From contig JBFMFE010000081.1 of the NCBI GenBank assembly GCA_040752295.1, positions 1 through 52,063 of the forward strand: 52,063 nt of DNA, in the 5' to 3' direction. The DNA comes from a bacterium (GTDB taxonomy: Bacteria; UBP15; UBA6099; JBFMBQ01). Below, piece by piece: positions 1-8,200 of this stretch. Position 1 is the stretch's first letter, and every line of letters begins with the position of its first letter. Below the pieces are notes generated by a model. It ran no database searches. It was not told the origin of the DNA and saw only the letters and a list, made by a program, of their open reading frames with translations. Both the position numbers and the translations under genes were made by a program.

Positions 1-101
1 TCCTTCTTCGTCGCACGCTCGCCCGCACTCCAAGGGGCTTCGCGCATACTGTTTTTCGCATGATCGGATTTGCATCGGACATACATAAAATTCATTTGCC
101 T

Positions 102-704
102 TTAAAGCTTCCTCCGTGGAGCGGGAACCAAAAAGTACGAAAGTTCACCATCAGTTATCGAAATTATATAAAACACTTTGCCGCCGTATATTGCCGTGAA
201 TTTTTCGTGAGTCCTTTTCTGAAACTCAAACTCATTGACAATTTGCGGGATGTAAGCAAATCCTGCGGGTTTTATCTGGACGCCGATAAAGTGGTTTTTA
301 ACCCGGATGAAGAAATCCACGTTGTAGCCGCGGTCCCATTCATCCGGCGCCGGTTCAATTTTAACCGATAGCATTTTTTCCAGTTGACCATATATGGTTT
401 GTATTTCAGACTGGCAGCCGTCGTATGTTCGGTTGATTACAAGGTCAATAATGAAATCAATGCAGTCTTCTTCCGTAATATTCTCAATTTCAGCCCGGCA
501 TATTTCAGATATTTTTTCGTAAAGTTCCTTGCCTAGGTATTCAAGGCGCTCCCTGGGATAAACGTTTTCATAATAATATTTTTCCCAGTCCCCGATTGAT
601 TTGGGTGAGCATTTTCTTATCAGTTCCGCAACCGGCCCAACCTTCTTTTTCCTGGTCAGCCCCCATCGCATGTTAGCCTGATTCATTATCCATTCTTTGG
701 GCAT
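102..704 (-). CDS. MjaI-family restriction endonuclease (C-terminus possibly altered)
   Basis: N-terminus KEWIMNQANMRWGL..VGPVAELIR..WEKYY, then NRTYDG and a PD-(D/E)xK-like core 'WDRGYNVDFFI..IGVQIKP' resembling MjaI-family proteins; directly downstream of and overlapping an MTase. Confidence 0.75.
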   Translation of the reverse strand: MPKEWIMNQANMRWGLTRKKKVGPVAELIRKCSPKSIGDWEKYYYENVYPRERLEYLGKELYEKISEICRAEIENITEEDCIDFIIDLVINRTYDGCQSEIQTIYGQLEKMLSVKIEPAPDEWDRGYNVDFFIRVKNHFIGVQIKPAGFAYIPQIVNEFEFQKRTHEKFTAIYGGKVFYIISITDGELSYFLVPAPRRKL

Positions 705-1993
705 CGTTTCGTATCTCTCTCCATCAGAAACTTCGTCTTATACTTGTAATCGAACGACGTGTCCACGTCCGCCAAGCCTTTCTTGATCAGATGAGCGTTC
801 AGGAACGTTTTGTTCCATAAATAGAGATAGCAAAGCAGATTGTTGTTTTCGTCGTGTTTCACCCTGTCGAATTTCATAAATACTTTCTGCCCGCGGACTT
901 TCTCTTGAAGGAACTCAACCGCCAGCCCGTTTTTCTCCGGTTCTTCTTTTACACCGAGGAGTCTGATTTTAGTTCCATTGTTCAGGATGAGGATCTCGGG
1001 CGATACAATTTCCCTGACGGTACGATAGCTTTGCCCCCCGGAAGCGGAGTCATCAATTTTCGAGCCGAACTTCAGTTTCCGCGGATCAACTTTTCTTTCG
1101 AAAGCCACGCGATCCCTGAAGATATAGGGCAGTTTGCCGATCGCCTCTTTTAAGTTGGCTTCGGCGCCGTTCTGTTTCTTTATCCTAAAATCGGCATCCT
1201 GAAAAAGAGAGGACTGCTTCATTCCAAGTTTCTTCTCCATCAGCGGCAAAAAACTTTCGTTTATCTCATAACCGATTGAGTTTCTTTGCAGATTCCTTGC
1301 AGCGAGGGTCGTTGTTCCGCTTCCTAAGAAAGGATCAAGCACCGTGTCACCGATGAAGCTGAACATCTTAATCAGACGCCGAGGCAGTTCTTCTGGAAAC
1401 ATCGCCAGATGCTCGTTTTGTTTTTCACCCGGAAAATTCCAGTGCCCGGTAAAATACTGGTTCCATTCCCCCTGTGTCATTTTTGATTTTTCTTTGATTT
1501 CTCTGCTGACCTTCGGGGCATCCCCATGTTTTTTAAAAATCAGGATGAATTCATAGTCCAATTTAAGAATTCCATTTCTCGGATACGGGAAGGAACCCAT
1601 AACCACAGCGCCGCCGGTCGTATGGCAGGTTGTTACTTTCTGCCAGATGATTGCGCCCATGTAGTCGAAGCCTGCGCTTTCGCAGAACTTAATTATCTCC
1701 GTTCTGATGGGAATCACCTTGTATCTCCCATAATAGACCGAACGCGCGAATTGGTCGCCGATGTTGATGCACAACCGGCAGCCTTTGTGCAACACCCTGC
1801 CGCACTCGTTCCAGACAAGGTTCAGGTTGTTTATATAGTCCTCGTAGCTGTCGTCGAAGCCGATCTGAAAACCGCCGCCGTAATCCTTCAACTGCCAGTA
1901 TGGCGGTGAGGTGATGATCAGGTGGACTGATTCGTCTGAAACCCTGTTCATGCGTCTCGAATCGCCGACGATTATTTCGTGCGTTGTTTTCAT
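686..1993 (-). CDS. Beta-class N4-C/N6-A DNA methyltransferase with C-terminal thermonuclease (SNase)-like domain
   Basis: Motif IV TSPPY precedes motif I LDPFLGSGTT; HLAMFPEELPRRLI; C-terminal ~110 aa 'KIRLLGV..KHDENNNLLCYLY..FLNAHLIKKGLA' resembles the SNase fold. Confidence 0.9.
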   Translation of the reverse strand: MKTTHEIIVGDSRRMNRVSDESVHLIITSPPYWQLKDYGGGFQIGFDDSYEDYINNLNLVWNECGRVLHKGCRLCINIGDQFARSVYYGRYKVIPIRTEIIKFCESAGFDYMGAIIWQKVTTCHTTGGAVVMGSFPYPRNGILKLDYEFILIFKKHGDAPKVSREIKEKSKMTQGEWNQYFTGHWNFPGEKQNEHLAMFPEELPRRLIKMFSFIGDTVLDPFLGSGTTTLAARNLQRNSIGYEINESFLPLMEKKLGMKQSSLFQDADFRIKKQNGAEANLKEAIGKLPYIFRDRVAFERKVDPRKLKFGSKIDDSASGGQSYRTVREIVSPEILILNNGTKIRLLGVKEEPEKNGLAVEFLQEKVRGQKVFMKFDRVKHDENNNLLCYLYLWNKTFLNAHLIKKGLADVDTSFDYKYKTKFLMERDTKRCPKNG

Positions 1994-2277
1994 CGCTGTT
2001 CTTTCATGGAAAAATAATGGGGACAGCCGCCGTTTTATGGTACATTTTCACCCTTGTCCTTTTTTCCTCGCTTCCGTTTCTGCAATTTTATCACGAACGC
2101 CGGTAAAAAATCTGGAAGCCGTCAGAAAATCTATTCGTGTTCCCGCTCACGCTTCGTTACAGCCGTTGCGCCTGACCCTTCAGCGCCGCCGCCGGCGTAC
2201 AGCACGGGCTGTCCGCCGCATCACGATACCAGCGACTTTAGTTGACGGGAAAGACGCGAACGGCAAATCCGGGAATC

Positions 2278-5200
2278 TCAGCGCACGAACTTCATCGCGG
2301 CAGCCTGCGAGACTTTTATCCAGAAGCCCGTTCCGGGTGGAATCCTGTCGCCGGGGTTCACCGGCGCGTAACCATCGGACTGGTAAACCCACGCGCCCTT
2401 CACCAGCCCGGCGGCGCCCACCGCCTGCGAGAGCGGCGCAAACCCGCCGCCCGTCGAGAAAAACGCGTGCTCGTCGCTCCACTCAATGGAAACCGGGAAC
2501 GGGTTCCCCACTAGGTTCCATCCTTCAACGAGGCTCACGATATGGTCGCCGCTCTGGTTAAGCTCGCCCGAATACCCCATCTGGTCCTGCTCGGACGTGT
2601 AAATCCAGAACCCCTGCCCCGCGGGGAGCGCGGTCCCGTCTCCCGGAACCGCCTGAACGTACCCGCCCGTCGTCATGTACACGATCCTCGCATCGCCGGA
2701 GGGAACGGCGGTGGAAATCCGCCCCGCCGTCCTGCCGGCGCCGGCGGGAACCGTCACGAGGTTCCATCCCCTCTGCGTGGACCTCTGGAAACTCTGCGTG
2801 CCGGGCGTCACGCTCACTTTCTTCGAGGGAAGGCTGTCGTTCTGGTCGCGGTTCGCCTCGTCGCACGCGGCGTCCACGGCGGGATCGTAGTTCCTGTCGT
2901 ATGCGGTCACGTAATACCAGTAGATGGTGCCGTTGTTCAACCCGGTGTCGGTGTACGACGGGTATGTCACGACGCTCGACGTGTTCACCTTCGTGAACGG
3001 TCCGTCGAACGAAAGGGCGCGGCAGACGTTGTAGCCGGCGAGGTCCGGCGACGACGAGGCGTTCCAGTCGAGGCTCACGCTGTTCTGCCCCGGTATCGCG
3101 ACCAGCCCGGACGGCGCCTGGGGCGGCGTGATGTCCTCGCCGGGAATGCCGCAGGCAATCACCCCGCCGCTCGCCCTCCCCTCGGTGTCAACCGTCTCCA
3201 GCTTGTAGCAGTAGGTCTGCCCCGCGACGAGGTTGCCGTCCACGTACGAGGAGCCGCGGATCAGCTCGACCGCCGCCGTCGTCGTGTCGGGATCGATCAC
3301 GTTGAACGCACCGTCCTGTTCCGAAGCCCGGTAAAGCCTGAATCCCGCGAACGTCGGGTCCTGCTGCACCGAGTGCGACGACCACGTTATCACGAGGCTG
3401 TTCGCGTCGTCGGTCGTCGGCTGCACGAGCAGACCCCCGGCGTCCGACGGGCTTTGCTCGTCCTTCGGCGTACCGACGGCGACGTCCGACAAGCCGCTCT
3501 GGTTGCCGTTGTCGTCGAACGCCGACACCTTGTAGAAGTACCGCTTTCCGTTCTCCACGCTCACGTCCAGGTGGCACGCGTACGCGGCGTCCGTAACGTC
3601 GCAGTAACAGGGCGCCTCGTTCGCCTTGTCGCAGTGGTTCATGTTCTGAACGTATATGACGAACTGCGTCGCGTAATCCCCGTTCAGATTGGTGTCCCGG
3701 TGCACGATGTACCCGGCGATGTCCTGGTTCTTAGCGACCGACGAGTCGTTTTCCTTGAACTTCACCGTGAGCGAGCCGCCGTTCGGCGTCGCGTAGATCA
3801 GCGGCTTCGCCGGCTTGTCCGGCGCCGTGGTGTCCGTCCTCTCGTTAGGCGTCGCGGGCAGGGCGTTCGTGGCGTCTATCTCTCCCTCGTTGCCGGTCGA
3901 ATCTACTCCCGTCACGTAGTACCAGTACAGCGAACCGTTGCACAGCCCGGCGCCGTCGTTGTTGTCCCTGAAGTAACACGTGTTCTCGCTGAGCGTCCCC
4001 GCCGGACGCACGTGCGCGGACGCCGGACAGGCGACCGTCCTGGTCAGCGTCTTTATCAGCTTGTAGCTCCCGAACGGACTCGTGTTCGCGCTGTGCGGCG
4101 TGCAGGGACAGGAATCCGTCGCGTTCGGATACCCGTCATGATCGCAGTCCCCCCCGGGGTCCCCCGCCGTGTCGCACGTGCACCCGGATATGCCCTGCGG
4201 ATCGAGACGGTACAGGTTGTACGAGTCGAGATCGGGGTCCTTTATCGTGTTCCAGTACACCTCCACCGCCTTGTCGGGAACAAGCGTGTCGTCTATGAAC
4301 CCGTCGCCGTCGTCGTCCACGTCCACGACGTTCGGGCTTTCACCGGCGTCGAAACCCGGGCGCCCGTACATCTTCGACACGCTCGTCGGCGCGGTCGTGT
4401 CCGTGTCCCTCGGCACAACCGACGCGACGTCCGAAAACCTGCTCTCGTTCCCGACGCTGTCTATGGCGGTGAGCTTGTAGTAGTACGTCACCCCCGTGAT
4501 CAGTCCCGCGGCGTCGGTGTACGATGTCCCGTCAATCGCCTCGATGCCGTTCACCACCACCCGCCCGGGCGCCGCGTCATCTATGTCAATCCGCGCGAAC
4601 GACCCCTCAGTCGTGCTCGTGCTGCGGTATATCACGTACCCGGCAAGGTCCGCGTCGCTGCCCTTCTCCCAGCCAAGCCCCACCTTCGTTCCGGCGAGGG
4701 GCGTGGCGACCAGCCCCTGCGGCACACCCGGCGCGACCGCGTCCACCGGCGTGCCGAACCTCACGGCGGAAACGGCGCTCTCGTTTCCGTATTTGTCAAC
4801 CGCAGACACGCAGTAGTAATAAGTCGCCCCGTTCGTGACGTTCTCGTCTATGTAAACCGTTTGCGTGGCGCCCTGCGCGATAAGGCAGTCGCTGCCCGGC
4901 ACGCAGTTCTGGTTCGCCGTCGTGTCGCAGCTCGCGTCGTCGCTCCGGTACAGGTTGTACCCGGCGATGTCAACCTCGTTGGCGCTCTTCGGATAGCACA
5001 CCGTCTCCTCGTTGGGCGCCCAGGTTATCTTCAGCGCCCCCCCGCCGCCGTACGGCGCGGCGCCCCCATCGTCGCACGTGTGGCTCACCACCGTGTCGCA
5101 GACGCACCCGGGCGGCGTGCAGGGATTCGAACAGTTCGCGTTGTCCGAGTACGCCGCCTTCCACCCCGGCGCGCTCGGCGGCGTGTAGTCCTTCGGTATC

Positions 5201-8200
5201 GCCGGTCCCGTTATCTCCGAGAAACCCGTCTGGTTGTAGTGCGTGTCCAGCGCGGTCACCGCGTAATAGTATCTTTTCTCGTTCTCAACGCCGGTGTCTT
5301 TGTAATAAACAGTCCCCGTCGCGGTGGGCTGCGCCACGTAGGAATCCGTTATACGGCTGAACTGCGACAGCGAGGGCTGTCCCGCGCCGGTCGGGTCCTC
5401 CGCGCGGTACACGTAGTACCCTAAGATGTCCTCGTCCGACGTGTTCGCCGTCCAGCTTACGGTCAGCGAATTCCCCGTGTAGTCGCTGGGCGGAACGTCG
5501 TCCCGCACCGCCGCGCACGGCTCCGGCGTCCCCCCGTCGAGGCACGTCCCGGTCGGTATCTCCAGCGGCGCCTGCGTGTCACGCGGCGTCGCCACCACCG
5601 TCTCCGACCGCTGGCTTATGTTCGGCACCGTGTTGGCGTTGCCGGGATCGTCGAAAACCGCGTTGTCAACGCCGGCTATCTTGTAATAATACGTCCTGTC
5701 CGTCTTCAACTCCGTGTCGGTGTACGTGAACGAGGGAATGAACTGCGTTCTCGTTGCGTCGTCCAGCGGACACCGACCCGCGGATGCTATGTCCGCCGAC
5801 GTGTCCTCGTCTATAAGCCCGTCCTGGTCGTTGTCTATCCCGTCACCGGCAAGCTCCTCGTCTATCGCCCCGTCGCCGTCGTTATCCCTTAAATCCCCCG
5901 CCGCCATGTCGTTCACGCCGTCGGTGTCCGCGTCAATCCCGCACACTCTGAACGGATAATCGCAGACCCGCCCCGCCCCCGTGTTGCAGTCGGCGTCGCT
6001 GCTGCACATGCACCCGTCCGCGGGGCAGCTCACGGGCTTCTGAGTGATCGTGAAATCGGGCGTCGTGCATATCTTCACCGGATAGACGCATTCACGCCCG
6101 GTGGCGCAGTCGGCGTCCGCCGTGCACTCGCAGCCGTCGCGCTTCGGCGTCGTCAGGCAGTTCCCGCGCACGCACGCGAAGACCCCGTCCCCCTTCGTCG
6201 CGCGGAACACCTGGAAGTAGTCCGTTGTCGCCTCGTACGTGCAGTCGGCGTTCGACGCGCACGTGCAGCCCTCCGCCGCCGGGTCCACGAGGCACCTGCC
6301 CCGCGCGCACACAGACGCCCCGGTTCCGAGGTCAACGCACTGCACCGTCGTCGGATGCGCGTTCCATGTCAGCGTCACGGACGTGCCGTCCTCGTTTATC
6401 GCGGCTTTCACGCCCGTGGGCTGCGGCGGCGGGCGCACGTCCGAAGGTATCCCCGTCACAGTGTTCGAGTAATCGCTGCAGTTGCCGCCATTTTCCCAGT
6501 CGCTCTTTACCGTCGGGTCCGCGCACTGCCGCCCCGTAAGCAGCGGCGGGTCAAGCGGATCGAGGTGGTCGTTGATGGGGTTCACGCACCCCTGCTTCGT
6601 GGCGTAGGTGTACGGATTTGTCCCCTGGTTGCACGTCCCCGGGTCGTTCGTTCCGTCGCCCCTGTAGGGACTGTCCACCGCGCGCACGCGGTAGTAGTAC
6701 TGGTACCCGTCCACAAGCCCGTTGTAGAAAAGCACCGGGCGTGTGGTGTCCGTCGCCGTGTAAAGGGAGAGGACCCCGCTCCCGGTCGCCCAGCCGTCCC
6801 CCATGTTCCCGCAGAAATAGAGGTCGTCGTTGGCGGGATCAACGTTCGCGCAGTCGAACCATTCCTCGTCGGGCGCGCCGTCGTTGTCCTCGTCGCCGCT
6901 CTCGTAGTATCCAAGCCCCTCGTCCACGTAGTAAACGGTAAGCTTCGGGAGCACGTCCTCGTTTATGCGGCGGTAATTGTTGCCGTCGGCGCAGAACGCG
7001 GCGAGCGTGCCGTCCTCGGTCTTCCTCACCGCGTCCGCCGGTCTCGCGGGACACCGGTATATCGCGTATCCACCCATGTCCTTTTCCTCGTTGAGCTTCC
7101 ACACGAGCTTGATCGAACGCCCTTTCTCCATCGAGTACACCGTATCCTGGACGGTCGGAGGGGCGGGCGGGGTGGTGTTACGGAGTATCCGCACCGTCGC
7201 GATGCTGGAAAACGCGCTGTGGTTGTGGTTGCCCAGCGATGTTGTGTCGTAGGCTAAAACGCGGAACCAGTACTCCTGTCCGTCCTCGGCAAGTTTCGGT
7301 CCGGTCATCAGCACCGAGTCGTAATCGTTGCGGCAGTTGTACCTCGGCGGGTTAGGCGTCGGCTCGTCGTCCTCCTCCGGCGCGCCGGCAAGACAGCCAT
7401 CGTCCACGAGATCGTCCTTGTCGTCGTCGAAATTGTTGCCCACTATGTCGCAGTCCGTGTCAATTATGCAGGACACGGTCTCGCCCGGATAGTTGAACCG
7501 GTAGTTGTCGTCCGCCCTCTCGGGGTCGAACGGCTTGGGGAACCTCGTCCGCGTGATCCCGTCGCTCTGGATCAGTTCATCGTCCGAGCCGGGAACGTCC
7601 CTCTGCATGTTCGTCGAGGAGGCGATCGGGACGCCGACCGCGAGGAACGCGTCCGTCGCCGTCATCGAGGTCATTGCGCTGCACGTCGGGTCGTCGGCGG
7701 GACTGCACATCGTGTAGTAATGCGAAAACGCCGTCCTCGGTCCGCGGGACATGTACACCTTGTACCCGGCGAGGTCCGTGAGTCCGGAGTTGATCGCGTC
7801 AACGTTGAAGAGCGACTCGTCCCACTGAAGCTCGATGACCCTGGCGGTGGGATCGTATCCCTCGTCAACGTGGTAACTTGCGTCCGGCTCCATGAGCGGT
7901 CGGAGTGAGTCGCCGTCGTTGTCAAGCCCGTCCGTCGAGAGCGCGTAGTTGGGGTCAACCTCCGGCGGCGCCTCGGGGCATCTCCCCAGGCACGCCCTCA
8001 GAACCGGCGGCGCTTCCGGCGGCACCGTGTCGTTGCGGATTTCCACCGTGGACTGCGACATCGGTCCCTTGAGGTAGTAGTTCACGGCGGGCGTCCTGTC
8101 GGTCCCGAGCGCCTCCAGGCTGTAGTTGACAAGGCACGCCTTGTAGATTATCCAGTCGAAATCAAGCTCGTTCAGGTGTATCCCCAGCGTGAACGCGAAC

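Noticed and set aside
1-47. Possible start of a minus-strand gene running off the left edge
   Set aside because: Too short to support.
2542-5424. 960-aa + strand ORF and other long antisense ORFs (6355-7257, 18892-20796, 37992-39620)
   Set aside because: Shadows of GC-rich genes on the opposite strand; Arg/Val/Pro-rich with no recognisable motifs.
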